Shown here piece after piece: positions 50,378 through 63,200 of a stretch of DNA of 64,000 bases (position 1 is the first letter of the stretch; each line of letters begins with the position of its first letter). The notes under the pieces are model-generated. The model was not told the DNA's origin. It saw nothing but the letters and a program-made list of their open reading frames with translations, and searched no databases. A program made the position numbers and the translations under genes. This DNA is from Camelus ferus (lineage: Eukaryota): NCBI RefSeq assembly GCF_009834535.1, contig NC_045705.1, forward strand, positions 25,916,001 through 25,980,000, given 5' to 3'.

Positions 50378-51059
50378 ATCTGGATCTTTGTAAATGAGCA
50401 CCGATGTTCTAAGGGGGATATAGTTCAGTATGCTGTAGGTCCAGCAAAAACTGCATTCTTGGAATCCTCTATTCTGTGCTACTCCGTACAAATATCCTAA
50501 AACCCACTGCTTCCTGAAGACAAATGGCTCAGCTTCTCACTTGGTACAACAAATTCAAAGTTGGGGGGTTCTCTTAATTATCAGGGATTTTGCAGACCAG
50601 TTTCGTACATTGCAAAGCAATTTTATTTTTACCTTAGGGGAGAGAAGGGTAGGTATATGTGATTCAACACTTAAGAACAATAAATTAACCTCTTCTGTTT
50701 CTCTGTCCCTCTCATTTCTTTTTCCCTTCTTCCCTCCCCAAACCCATCACCACACTATTCCAGTTTTCAGATTTTTGGAGTACAGATAATGAATACCTTT
50801 CAATGAAAATTTTACACTGTTTAATGAGAATATATTTGTCCCCTAGAAAAATGACTGATTGCTCTCCTTACCGAGGATTGTTGTTGTAAGATTGAATACG
50901 CTATTTCTGCAACCCCAGCTATTATCTTTGTAGAGTTGTGTGATCAGTGTTTACTACTCATGTGATGATATTTGCAACTGAGGAAGAATAAAGTTGCTAT
51001 TGGTTAAGAAAAGTCCAAAACTCAGTGAGCCTTTAGTGCTATTGCCTTTGGATAGTTCC

Positions 51060-51170
51060 TGACAGTTCATTTAATTTAACAAATGTTTACAGAGTACCTA
51101 TTTATTTTTATCAAGCCAAAAAATACGATAAAAAATGGTGTTGCCCTCTTGGAAAATATAGCCTGGCATT
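51060..51170 (-). mobile_element. L2 3' fragment
   Basis: ttcatttaatttaacaaatgtttacagagtaccta...ttgccctcttggaa. Confidence 0.55.
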
Positions 51171-51239
51171 CTTCTCAAAAATAAAGTGTGGATGGGAATG
51201 AGAATGTAGCAGTCACTAGTACTGTTCACTCAGTATTTC

Positions 51240-51480
51240 TAGTTTTTCCTGCAGACATGTAGTAGGATCGCACATCCCTACCCCTCTGAAGTTAATTATG
51301 GCCACGTATGTTGTTTTGTCCATTAACATGTAAAGGGAAGTCACATAGGTCACTTTTGGGTGGAGGAGGTAATATTTAGTGTGCAATACTGATGCTCCTG
51401 TTTGTCTCCTTCAGCAAACATGGAAGCATAAAGATGAAACATTTCTCAGCCAGCAGTCCTGAATAATGTGTGACCTTGGC
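51240..51480 (+). mobile_element. MLT1J-like MaLR LTR fragment
   Basis: cacatccctacccctctgaagtta...ggccacgtatgttgttttgtccatta...gggaagtcacataggtcactttt. Confidence 0.6.
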
Positions 51481-52649
51481 TTAGCGGACAACAATAGTGA
51501 AATTGTTAAAGGAGACAGAAAAGATGGTAACCTCTCTTACATAACAGCAAAGCATTTGGTGAAGATGTCACCTTACTCCATAGAACTCATAAACTTGTAT
51601 CTTTAGGGAAGAAATTAGACTCTAGAATGTTAATTCTCTGTGTTTATGTTTAGCAAACCTCTAGGAAAAAAGAAAAAGAAATGAACTCAGAAAATAATCA
51701 ACCCACTAATAATTAGTAATTATAGAGAATAAAGACAGTCCACGAATTCAAGGGTTTGCAGCATAAAAATATAAAACAAGAGAAACAAGAAGACCTTCAA
51801 GGGCAAAGTTCATTAAAACTCAGGCTGTAAGTAGGGATCCAATCAAAGCATGACCAGCACACCCACTGTTAAAAGCCCTGACGTGACGACGGAGTCAGAG
51901 TAGGGATTTAGCTGCCCTGTGATTCATTTCAATTAGTCACGGTGGCTATGGAATTAGAGACAAAGACTGTTGTTCTCTCACTGAAACCTCGTAAGCTCTA
52001 GGTGCCCATGATTCAGCCTAGAAAGAGAAAGAAGAGGAAGCCAAAGAAATGTGGCAAAAGCTAAGTAACACGCCTTAAAAAGCACCACTAGAGTAGCTAA
52101 CAGCACAGGGATTCAAATAAGCAAGGAATCAACTAAGCCTTTGAGACAAAGATTTACGCTCGACATTTTAAAAAGGCCCTTGGGGTAGAAAGTGGGTTGA
52201 AAAAGCTGCTCATCTCTCCTAGGAGAGCATATTTTCCAAGGTACATTTTGGATGCAACCAAGAATGATGGCGAAAAAAGTACAATATTTGAAAAGGACAA
52301 ACCAAAAGAACAGAAACTGGAAATTCATGAACAGAGGAACACCTCCAGTAGAGCAGACTTATAGCTTATATCTAATCAAAGAACGTATCCAGTCCTCCAG
52401 AAGTGTTTATTCCCATTACCTACCAGCTGTGAGAGGGATCTATCATCTGCCCAGAGAAACAAAACCCACAGGATATGTGTGTGTGTGTGTGTTTATTGTC
52501 CCATGGACCATATACATTTTCTCTCTATATATATTAACCTTGGTGTTCTGTCTGCCTGAGGAATGTGCTGCCTGTTAGAAGGTGGACTAATGCTTGTGGA
52601 GATCATTGGATATTATCTTTTATCTATTCAAATGTGATCTTTTTAAAAT

Positions 52650-52930
52650 GAAGACCTTGCTCTGTCAGGAATATTTGCAGTTCCAGTCCAAAGACAGACG
52701 GCAGGCAGAATTCCTCCTCACTCAGGAGAGGTCAGTCTTTGTTCGATGAAGGTCTTCAACTGGTTGAATGGCCCACTCACATCGTGTAAAGTAATCTGCT
52801 TTACTGAGTCTATTCACTTAAATGTTAATCTCATCCAAAAATAATCTTCCCAGAAACATCCAGAATAACATTTGATCAAATATCTAGGTAGTGTGGCCCA
52901 GTCAAGATGACAAATAAAATTAACTATCAC
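52650..52930 (-). mobile_element. MLT2-type ERVL LTR
   Basis: aatgttaatctcatccaaaaata...ggcccagtcaagatgacaaataaaattaactatcaca is the reverse complement of the MLT2 5' end. Confidence 0.9.
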
Positions 52931-53074
52931 AGAGTTATTTGAGTATCTGGTGACTAGAGGAAGGTCCACAAATATTTAGTTTTTTTTTTTTTTCCCCTCC
53001 TATGTCCTATCTTCATTCCTCCTTCTCAGACTCAGATTCTTCTGTCATCCTCTCTCACTTATAAATTGTAAGTA

Positions 53075-53445
53075 ACTACCCTGGGCCCACTCAATTTCAC
53101 TTTCCCACCCTCAAGCTCCCATGAAGTTTCACAATACGTGTGAAATTAGGTGACTTGCCTTGACCAGCGAAATACCAGCAGGTTTATCACCTCACTTCTG
53201 GCTGGAGATTAACAAGCCAGGACAAGACTGTTGTTCTTTTTTCCTTATCCTAGAAAACCATGAAAGGTCCAGGGAGGATCTGCTCCCTCACCCTGGACTC
53301 TGGACTGAAGACAATGAGGAGCAAAGCCCTTGGCTAACAAGCAGTCATTACATGAAACACACGAGAAGGAACTCGTGCTTTTTTTTAAGCCATTGAGATG
53401 GTTGGGTTATTTGTTCCACAGCATTATCTAGTCTATCTTGCATTA
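53075..53445 (+). mobile_element. MLT1J/K-like MaLR LTR
   Basis: caccctggactctggactgaagacaatgaggagc...ttttttaagccattgagatggttgggttatttgttccacagcatta. Confidence 0.75.
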
Positions 53446-53519
53446 GAATGAGAACATAACAAGACAGAATGTATACCAAGAGCAATATTATCTTAGGAAG
53501 TGATGTCATATGAAATACA

Positions 53520-53665
53520 TAGAGCTAAGTGTTTGGGTTTGGACAAACTTCTGCTAAATTTTGAGACTTTCCCTTTCAAGCTGTGTGACTCAGGTAAAAA
53601 ATTACTCAGTTCCTCTGACCATTGGTTTTTATTACCTGTGAACCAGAGATAATTATGCATTTCTT
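53520..53665 (+). mobile_element. MIR SINE
   Basis: agctgtgtgactcaggtaaa...cctctgaccattggttttt...ctgtgaaccagagataat. Confidence 0.65.
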
Positions 53666-54200
53666 GAACTTTTACTATATGATGGGTATTATTCTAGGCA
53701 CTGGGAAAATAAAGATGAACAAAATGGATGCTGAAACAAAAAAATGATGTGTCTATTGACAAAAAGAACATAAGGTAAGTAAATTCTTAGTCCAACACTT
53801 CAAGCACTGTAGCCGATAAATGTATCTGATTTCCTATAAGCTCTTACTTTCATGTAGAAAGATCCTAACCTTCACTGTTAACAGTGCTGATACCACCTGC
53901 TAACAGGTGGCTTAAAAAAGAAAGTTAAAATCTAAGTTATTTTTCCTTTAATCAACCTAAATGCCGACAACCAGTCAGACTGGAGTTTCACCAAATTGCA
54001 TGTTTGCTTTGGCATTCAGTACAAATGCCAAATTCATCACAAGTCTCCAAGGGAAGAGATTGCTTTCCAGCAGGCGTGAGGCTTACTGGGGAGAAAGCCG
54101 TCTCTCCTTCTCCCCTGTGACCTCCACGTTCTACACTATGTTCTTTCCTCTTCGTGTGTCCTCAGTAAACACAACCCAGATGGGGTCATGAGTACACAAT

Positions 54201-54239
<39 letters not shown>

Positions 54240-54260
54240 ATAAATAAATAAATAAATAAA
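54201..54260. repeat. Compound microsatellite (TAAC)9(TAAA)6
   Basis: Read directly. Confidence 0.97.
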
Positions 54261-55230
54261 ATAGATAATAAATGTATGGAAAATATTAATGCTCATTAAG
54301 GATGAAGAAAAATCAAATTAATAATAGGAGAGCACTGTCATGTGCTATAGAATGAACGTCTGTGTCCGCCCTAATTCACATGTGGAAATCCAATCCCCAA
54401 GGTAATGGTATTTGGAGGTGGGTCTTTGGGAGGTACTTAAGTCATGAGGGTGAAGCCTCCATAATGGGATTAGCCTCCTTATGAGACTCCAGAGAGCTTC
54501 CTCTCATCCTCTGCCACATGAAGACACAGAGAAAGGACAGCTATTTATGGACCAGGAAGAGAGGGCTCACCAGACACCCGAATTGTTGGTTCCTAGACCT
54601 TAGACATCCAGTCTCCAGAACCATGAGAAATAAATGTTTGCTGCTTAAGCCACCTGATCTATGGTATTTTGTTAGAGCAGCCCAAATGGACTAAGATATC
54701 TGATTGGTAAATATTAAAAAAATTATTGAATCACTCTCCTATATTGCTAAAAACTTTATTTGGATATACAGGTGGGCTGTAAAATGCTCAAATTATATGT
54801 GTCTGCTACCCTAATATTTCACTTAGGGGGAATTTATTCAACTAAAATATTGAAGGACAGCCCCCAAATTTATGTGCGTGTTCATCCTGGCACTTTCCTG
54901 GCAATATAACTTTGGATACAATATACTTTAACATCAGAGTATTAGCTAAATACATCAAGATACAAGTCTACAAAGAAACACCACACAGAATTAAAAAAAA
55001 AAAAATTACACACATACTTACTAAAAGGAAAAAAATAGTTACAATAACTTGAAAACTGAGATATGTACATAGAGAAAACATTTGAATGCATCCGTGCATC
55101 CGTGATAATGAAAGTTACGTTTAGCAAAAGAGTGTCGTGAGTGTTCAAGTCTTTATGTCTTCTGTGCATGCTGTGCTATTTCTAAAGTGAATGTGCACTG
55201 CCGCTTTATAAAATAAAATTGGTCAAAAAT
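54260..55230 (+). mobile_element. Old L1 (L1ME-like) 3' region, interrupted by the MLT1A0
   Basis: gctcattaaggatgaagaaaaatcaaatta...[LTR]...ccctaatatttcacttagggggaatttatt...gtgttcatcctggcact. Confidence 0.6.
54343..54698 (+). mobile_element. MLT1A0-like MaLR solo LTR, complete
   Basis: tgctatagaatgaacgtctgtgtcc...gagaaataaatgtttgctgcttaagccac...gactaagata. Confidence 0.95.
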
Positions 55231-56618
55231 AAGGGGATTTTGGTGAAAGTAAAACCTAGCTTATATCTATGTTAGAACAGGCATTGGCCATTAATGACAT
55301 CATCAGACATTTAGTCCTTACCAGAGGTAAGATAATGCGGACCTGCTGGTGGCTGATCAATTTATGTCACCAACGAAAATCACAGATGATTTTTTTAAGT
55401 TGCTACGAAAGACATCCTGAGTACACTAAAAATTCTAGGTGCTTTCAAGAGTTGCAAGAACGCAAAGTATACATGTCAATGCTATACATGCTGAGTTAAA
55501 AATGAACGAAATCCAACACTTCTTTCTTTGCAATGACTCATTAGAGAGCTGATTTTCCTATCATGTTATTACAGTCTCTCTGGCAGTCAAAAACGGATTA
55601 ATAGCAAAGGGAATATTGATTAAAATGTAATTTCTACTGTTGTAACTAAGTGATGTCTTTGCCTGCAAGTGGGAAGTACTCAGAGGCATTTTTTGACATA
55701 TTTTAGCTCACTTTGGTGTTCCACCCAGAACTTGATTTTGGCTGAATTACTGGGAGAAGCGGTATGTGTATTAGGCCACTACGCAATCATTTTCAAAAAG
55801 AAGATGCTATCTCAGAGGGAGGATAATATTTTCATTTACTTTTAATACTTTTTCCTAAAATCAACATAAACATTTTTTTTCTTTGTAAGTTGACCCAAAA
55901 CATACGTGACTTCAAATATTATTTAAAGATTTAAAAGGGAAATATGGTATAAATATTTTCTTAAAAACACTGTAACTGAAGCAGTGGAATTAACCACTTT
56001 CTTTTTGTTTCACTGTCTCAATTTTACAGGATTTTTTTCTAGCAATTTTCATGGACTTCCAGACAGCATTTAAGGGAGGAGGTATAATCTTTCTTTCAGA
56101 ATTCATTGCCACATTCGTGCACATGCGCACACACACACACACACAAAATCACCAATGTCTGGTAATCTAATCTCCAAAATTAAAATATTAAGGTATCATG
56201 GGCTCCTAGCTATTTTATGAATCATATAAAAGAAAAATATTCTGAAAATTAAACTGCTTTGCACTTTAATAAAATGTGCTTCATTGTTAGAGTTGGAAAT
56301 TTTTTTTTAAAACATGCATCTTAGAATTAATGAAATGTGCTAATTCACTATATGGAATTAAGTGCGTATCAAAGAATGTCATTATCATTGAAGCAATCTA
56401 TCTTTAAAATTGCATTAAGTATCTGTTTCATTAAATAATCAGTAACATTTATTGAACATTAACTCGGTGGCAAGAATTTTTTTTAAAAGATGTCTAGAAG
56501 TAATTATTATAAAACTATGTAGGAATTTGGAAAAATTCTTGGCTTATGGATGCAAATATTGTTTGTGCACTAAGATTAAAACCATATAAATTATCTTTTT
56601 GTTTTGTTTATAGTTTCC

Positions 56619-56970
56619 AAACATTATATGGCATCATTTACCTGTGAAATCTAAAAAAAATGACACAAGTGAAATTGTTTACAAAATATAAACACACTCA
56701 CAATATAGAAAACAAACTTATGATTACTGGAGGAAAGAGGAGAGGGATACATTTAGAGTTCAGGATTTGCAGATGCTAACTACTGTATATAAAATAGATA
56801 AACAACAAGGCCCTACTGTATAGCACAGGGAATTATATTCAACATCTTGTAATAACCTATATTGAAAAAGTGTGTGTGTGTGTGTGTGTGTGTATATGCA
56901 TAATTTAATCACTATGCTGTACTCCAGAAACTAACACAACATTATAAATCAACAATACTTCAATAAAAAC
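56619..56970 (+). mobile_element. Cetartiodactyl/camelid L1 3' end containing (GT)12
   Basis: aaacaacaaggccctactgtatagcacaggga...actaacacaacattataaatcaacaatacttcaataaaaa; third paralogue in the window. Confidence 0.93.
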
Positions 56971-57849
56971 AAAACTATATAAGAAAAGTGAGGTCAATGT
57001 ACTAAAATTATAAGAGTTCTACGTTCGAGTTATAAACTTATTTTCCTCAATTTCTCAAACTTTCCATATAGGTCTACAATTGCTTTGATAGTTTCGAAGT
57101 GGCAACCAAATTTCAAATATTCAAATGCTGTGGAAATGTTTTGGTGGGAGATTATATATAGTACTAAGTTTACTATCAGAAACTGCCTCTCTCCTTTGAA
57201 CTAGACATTAAAAAAGGTTTGGGGCTAACTTGTATAATTAAATAAAAGAAGCATATTTCTCATTTGAGTTTTTCTCAGATGAAAGAGATCCTATTCTGTT
57301 GCTTTTAGACATTTCCTCTTTAAAAACACAAATAATAAAAGCAAATCATTAGAAAAAAATCTCTGACTTGTTGAATGCCAACAGTATCAATATAGCCAAG
57401 CTTCTCTTTTGTAAATATGGCCACTCACACCAAATTTACGCCTTTGTCAAGGTCCAAAAGATCTCACCTACTGGCCCCATCAGTCAATTAACCTTCTAAA
57501 AGGAAACATTAAATTGGTGAAAGTTTGATTTGCATATCCTGGCACATCTAGTACAACTTCGGTGCTGTCCATCCACACACAAAAAAAGACAAAGTACACC
57601 CAACATGGTATCACCTCCTAATAATTCAGTTATTGATTATATTTTAGGGGCCAATCTAAATGTAGAAGGAAACAACAAACATTGCTAATGCAATATTTTC
57701 TCATATTTTCTCAGGACCTCTTTCTGTATTGACACTTAGTTCATGCCTATTACTTAAATACTTACACTGAGTTTGCTGTTCACCAGTATTAGTGATCAGA
57801 TTAAAAAGTTGTAGTCAATATGATGTTAATTAAAGAATCTCAAAAAGAG

Positions 57850-58320
57850 ACATTATACCAGAGTTCTGATAAACAATAACTGGCACACTCAGATTAAGGT
57901 AATTTGAAGAGGGTATATTTTAAAAGGGGCTATTTACAAAGAGGTAAACAGGGTGCAGAGAAGCCAGGATGCAGAACTCTAAGCTAGTAAGAAGAAAGGA
58001 GTTAAGATCTCTCGGTGACAAGAGAGTGGAAGACAAGGCCGTTTATGCAGACGGCATCTACATATTTCATGTACAGAAGGCAGCCTTGAAAAACACAGAC
58101 CTGAACAGATCCAGCCAGCTTGAGATGAACTTACAGAGAAGGATCCTGTGGAATGAACACCTCGATCTCATTCTTCCTTTCTTATTGTCTCTTGCTGGGG
58201 CTTCCTGCTGGCCAAAAGGGGACTAGAGCCCAGTGATCAAGGCATTGATATAGTAGGTCAGCCTCCAAAACAGAGTGACACAGGGGGAGCAAATAAAGGA
58301 TGTCCACCTGAACAGCTGCA
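57850..58320 (-). mobile_element. Ancient ERVL-class LTR, subfamily uncertain
   Basis: cttcctgctggccaaaaggggactagagcccag...ggtcagcctccaaaacagag motif; the start resembles a reverse-complemented LTR end. Confidence 0.5.
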
Positions 58321-60500
58321 TGGAACCCAGAGAATAGAACTGGGGGTCCTTCTCGGTTAGTGTCTCTGACACATCCCGTACAGAATTAGCCCAATGCACA
58401 TACCAAATAATTACAGAAGAGGCATAGATCATGCAGTCATCCAAATTACTGAATTAGAGACAGAGAGACCTCCCAAATTAAGTGATTATCAATAAACCTT
58501 TATGGTTTCCCTGAATTGACACCATATCTAAATTTTTTAAATGTTACAGCTTTGGGAATTATTTAGGTTTTGCTGAGGTCTCCATGACAAACAACAGTCC
58601 TCTGTGTGAGCATCACATAAGCAATAGAATTCAAATTTTAAATCTGTGTGAGGGTCACACGCAAGACTTTTTGCTGGGAGAAAGCAACTTAAATCCACCA
58701 TATTTTCTTAAAAAAGGTATTTCTCTTTATTTAAAGTTACAACTAAACAGGAAACAGAAAAGTTAAACAGTAAATTATTTGGTCCACAAGTCACTGAGTA
58801 ATCACTTTGGATTTGCCTAATCTCTTTCCTATGACTGTAAGTTCTCCTCCATGGTTTCACTACATGGAGTCCACAGGTCATCCTGGACGTGGTGTCCCAG
58901 AGAAGTCATAGAAGATCAGACCTCGGGTGAATACACTCATATCAGGCTGCAAATACATGTGAGCTGGAGGAAGAAGTGAATCAAACAGTTGGAAGAAGTG
59001 ACAAATGAGAGCCTATTTTAGAAGGGCAAAAATGAGGACAGCAGGAAGGTAAGTGTAGAATAATTTGTAAATCTCTGTTCAGGTTCCTGAAACAGTTTCT
59101 TAGGGTTTTTCTATCTCCTCTTGTGTGCATTTATTGGGTGCATTTAAAGGACCTGGAAGAGAATCTAATTTTCTTAGAAATAATTTAAGCAATGCTGGTC
59201 CTTTTATCAAGTGGTTACACCATGGTCTTTACATGTATATGTATGTACATGTATATATAACATACATATGGATAGATATGTCTAATTGTTGATACAAAGG
59301 GGTGATAGATACAAAGCACATATATCATGATTCATTTGGCATAGTTTTCTAGAATTATTATTTTAATGATTTGAAATGGTTTATAAAAGGCTATCCCATT
59401 GTGTTTTCCCATTTTTATTTTAGGAACAAAATATTTCATCAAAGGCAATACTAACGTGGTTACAGCAATGCTGGAGGACTCTTCAATAGTTAAAGGTATT
59501 AATTCAATTCACTAGTAATTACTGACCAATAAACACCTTTTTAAGAGTTACGGGGCTATGGAAATACCATGTGAATTGTCCTGAGCCCTAGGGGCCACGG
59601 CCCTGATGAAGTGATGAGGCAAATACAGCTAACAGTAATTAAGATAAATTATGATATAAAATACATGGGAAGTGTTTGAAACTTGGTCATGGATCGAATA
59701 ATATAGAGAAAGGAGTTACTGTGGTTAGTTATTTTGGTAAGAGTAATTTAAGCAGTGCTTGAAGCAACATTTTCACACTCAGGTAGACAGTGGGAAGTGA
59801 AAGGGTGGCTAAAATGAACTCATTTAATTATTGAGCCCCTACCATTTCAGCTATTGTGCTCGGTACTGGAAATACACTGTACTGCAAAATAAAAATAGCC
59901 CCTTCTTTTGTTGAATTTACCATGAGTTGGCAAAGGACACTGACTGTTCTGCAGAGAAGTTTGAATGGGTAAAAGGGGCTAAGTGGGGGGAAAACTAAGA
60001 TACTAGTGAGATGAAGGAGGCTTGTTTTGTTTTGATTTTAGTTGCATGAATTTTTTCCAGGATAAAAAACATAAAAAGCATGTTGATTTTTTTGCCTGTG
60101 TGGAAGGAACCAGAAAAATGGAAAAATGCAAATCAGGGAGGAATAACAGATTTAAGAAAGTTGAGATAGAAATGTAAAATGTTAGGATTAAAATCTAATG
60201 TGCTTACGAAGTTATTCTGGGAAACAGGAAATAGACTATGGACAGACAAGGAGATATTTTAAGGGCTAAAGAAAAATTCAGTGATGCTCACATCAGAGAG
60301 ACTCATCTTTTCTAGAAAGCAAGAGGCTGTTTTATCTGAAACTGAGATAATCTGGGGAAGATTTGAGCCCCCAGAGAACTGAGATTTTGAAAAGGGCTGG
60401 AGCATCATAGGGCCCAGATGCCACTCAGGACCAGGCAGGGTCAGGCAGCCCGGAAATGCTGACCACCTATGATATGTCGGCAAACATGCACGATCCTTAC

Positions 60501-60518
60501 TTGCATGGAGCATTTGGT
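60501..60518 (-). CDS. Candidate 18-nt microexon of an unidentified minus-strand gene
   Basis: Minus strand: ttttctgtgtctttttctag|ACCAAATGCTCCATGCAA|gtaagg, with TGCATG 10 nt into the downstream intron. Coding status is unproven. Confidence 0.45.
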
Positions 60519-61065
60519 CTAGAAAAAGACACAGAAAATAATCAAATAATTAAATAAACACTAACTTGCCAATTGGCAAGGTAAGTATGGCAGGAGAGAA
60601 AGAGGACAAGAGGTTTAGAGAGAACTGTCCAATTGGCGGACTTTGGATTCAGGAGGGCAAATAAAATTAAATGTGGTGCCCGATGGGCCAAAATGACAGA
60701 GAAAGATCAAAGGAAAGTAAGTGTGGCTCAGTAGGAGTCGGGGAGTGGAAGAAGTAGTATATGCAGCTGTGCTCAGAAAGCAGGCTTTCAAATTTTACGG
60801 GAGGCAGAGCAGTTATGAGAGACAGTCACTACTGGCAGAAATGCAATGCATAGCCTTAGAGGAGAAATCAAGCCTTGTCACAGGTGCACACGCAAACCCC
60901 ACTCTCACCAGTGAGAGCTTGCCCGGGCCGAGGAGCCAGCCATGAACCATCTCAATCCACAGTCTATATCCTCCAGAGTGCCTGAAGCCACATACAAGAC
61001 AACTTTTCTTAAAGCTGTTAATATCGTACTCACATACATTCAGTGTGTCAGGTGGTCCGGCTTAC

Positions 61066-61119
61066 TTGGCCCCGTTCTCCCTGGGTGATCTCGCAGCCTC
61101 GCAATACAGAGAACCATTT
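61066..61119 (-). CDS. Candidate 54-nt exon of an unidentified minus-strand gene
   Basis: Minus strand: gttttaattttatctctttcccag|AAATGG...GGCCAA|gtaagc; no stop codon in any frame; 3 CpGs. Coding status is unproven. Confidence 0.5.
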
Positions 61120-61494
61120 CTGGGAAAGAGATAAAATTAAAACACAACATTACATGTAAGGAAGTTAGAAAATAGCCCGAGCAAAATTATTTGAAATTAA
61201 AATCTACCTAATGGAGTAACCTACAGGGAACAATTTATATTTCTATATATTTCTCCAAATGTACATTCACTTTACAATACGTCCTGCTTGAGGCTTTTCC
61301 CAGAATAGAAAAAGCCTTTTAAAAAATGATAGTAATTATAATATTTGGTTCTGGATAAATATCTCACTTTTTCAAATTTTTCTTTCTACTGGACTGTTCA
61401 GCAGGATTTTCCATAAAGGAAAAAAATGGTGTATCTACTGCTATTTTGCCCCCATTTTTCTTTTCCAACTCTATTTTAGTCAAATGAATTTATT

Positions 61495-61920
61495 CCTCCT
61501 CCCCTGAACACCTTCTGCGTTTTCACACATCTACGGTATTGCCCGTGCTATCTTATCTGCCTGCAATGTCATTATCCTTCTGTCCAAGCCTATTTTCTGC
61601 CCAACAGACTTACAGTCATTCTTTACTACCCAGCTTAAATATGACCTTTTCCCCCCAGAAGCTGCCTTCCGAATTAATTTCTACCTCATCTATAGTCCCA
61701 CAGACTACTGACTGTCATTCATTATTAGACTTATAACCAAGGTTCCTAATTCTGTTTCCCTGCCTTTGACTTTAAAGGCAGAGAGGATGTTTTATCTGTG
61801 AGAGCTTTTTGTTTTGTTTCGTTTTGGTTTGGTTTATTTTTTTGCTTTTCTCTTATTGTTCTTTTTCCTTTAATCACCATCTTCCCTGTGCACACAATGG
61901 ATATTCAAATCTAATGAATA
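61495..61920 (+). mobile_element. L2 3' region
   Basis: gtattgcccgtgctatcttatctgcctgcaatg...ccagcttaaatatgaccttttccccc. Confidence 0.65.
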
Positions 61921-62019
61921 ATTTCTCCTTACTCTATCTTGGTGTAAATCAGACACAGTGATGCTATAGTTAAGGCCTTACATTATACCAATCTGATACT
62001 TCTTTTCAATTAAAACTCT

Positions 62020-63200
62020 CTTTTTTTTTTTTAAAACATGGTTTCCAAAACATCATTCTCTCCAGTTTTCTGTCTTCAAGTGATGACACTTTCTTAAGTC
62101 TCCTCTGAAATTGTTTTCTCATTTCCCCAGCCTTATAATAATGCAGTGCACCACGGCTCACATCTTGAACGTCTCCTATTTTCTATTAGACTAACTCCCT
62201 TCCAGATCTAACCCAGCCTTATGATTTTAAATATCACCCTTACGTCTGGGATTGTCAAACTTCTATTTCAGGGCAGACCTCTGCACGGGCACCACCCTGC
62301 TTACCTGATAGACCCACTCTGAGTTCTAATAGCCAATCTGAAATGAGCATATTGGAAACTGTGCTTCCTGTCACCCCAGTTTGCTCTGCCTACAGTTTCT
62401 TCCCAGGTAATGGCAACTCCATCTTACCACTTTCTCATTCCCAAAACCTTGCCTCCGCCTTTTCTCCCATATTCCATGTCAAGTGTATTAACAAATCTCG
62501 GTGGTGTTAACTTCAAAATGGATCCAAAATATGTCAAAATGTGACCACTCTTCTCCACGTCCACTTCTACAATGCTGGTCCGAGCCACTATGACCCCTGT
62601 TAAGGTTTTGTTTTTTTTTTTTTTGGACCCCCATTAAGTTTCATCGCAGCGGAGACCTACTTTACCCTAGCCCTTCCTTTTGTCTATCGTTAAAATAGCA
62701 GCTAGAATGAGTTCATGAAAAGTAAATCAGATTATGTCTTTTCTGTGCTCAAAAGCTTCCAGTAGCTTTATCTCGTTCTAATAAAAGCCAAACTCTCCAA
62801 AAAGGGCCGGTGAAATCCTACACGAGCCGGGCCCATGTTAGCTCTCAGATCTCGCTTCCTGTTCACTCTGCTCACACCACATGACCTCCTGGCTGTTGCT
62901 CAGAAATGCCAGGTGCATTTCACCCTCGGGCTTTGCCTCTGCTGCTCCCTCTCCCTGAAAAGCTCTTCTGTGGATCCAGGTGAACTTCTCGCACACCTCC
63001 CCTGGTTATTTACTGAAATGTGCCCCTTTTCTCAGCGGAGGGCTTCCCTGGCTACCCTATTAAAAGTGGGACACCCTCTGCCTGCCCTTCTCTATCCTTA
63101 TTCTCTCCTTAATTTTCTTCAAAGCCCTTGTTCCACCTAGGATACTGTATCTTTCACGTATAGATTTTTAAAAGTCGTTATTCTCATTAAGCAAGCAGAG
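62020..63200 (+). mobile_element. L2a-like LINE, long 3' segment
   Basis: atggcaactccatctt...gtaaatcagattatgtc...tgctcaaaagcttccagtagct...tctaataaaagccaaactc...gggctttgcctctgctgctccctct. This explains ORF 62835-63140. Confidence 0.88.

Noticed and set aside
58877-59048. 172-nt + strand exon-like unit with AAG|gtaagt donor
   Set aside because: Poor acceptor and stops in all three frames.
546-63140. The listed ORFs of 60-125 aa as protein-coding genes
   Set aside because: All are short, many start at non-ATG codons, many fall in repeats (LTR, L1, L2, MITE) or low-complexity DNA, and none resembles a cellular protein I recognise.
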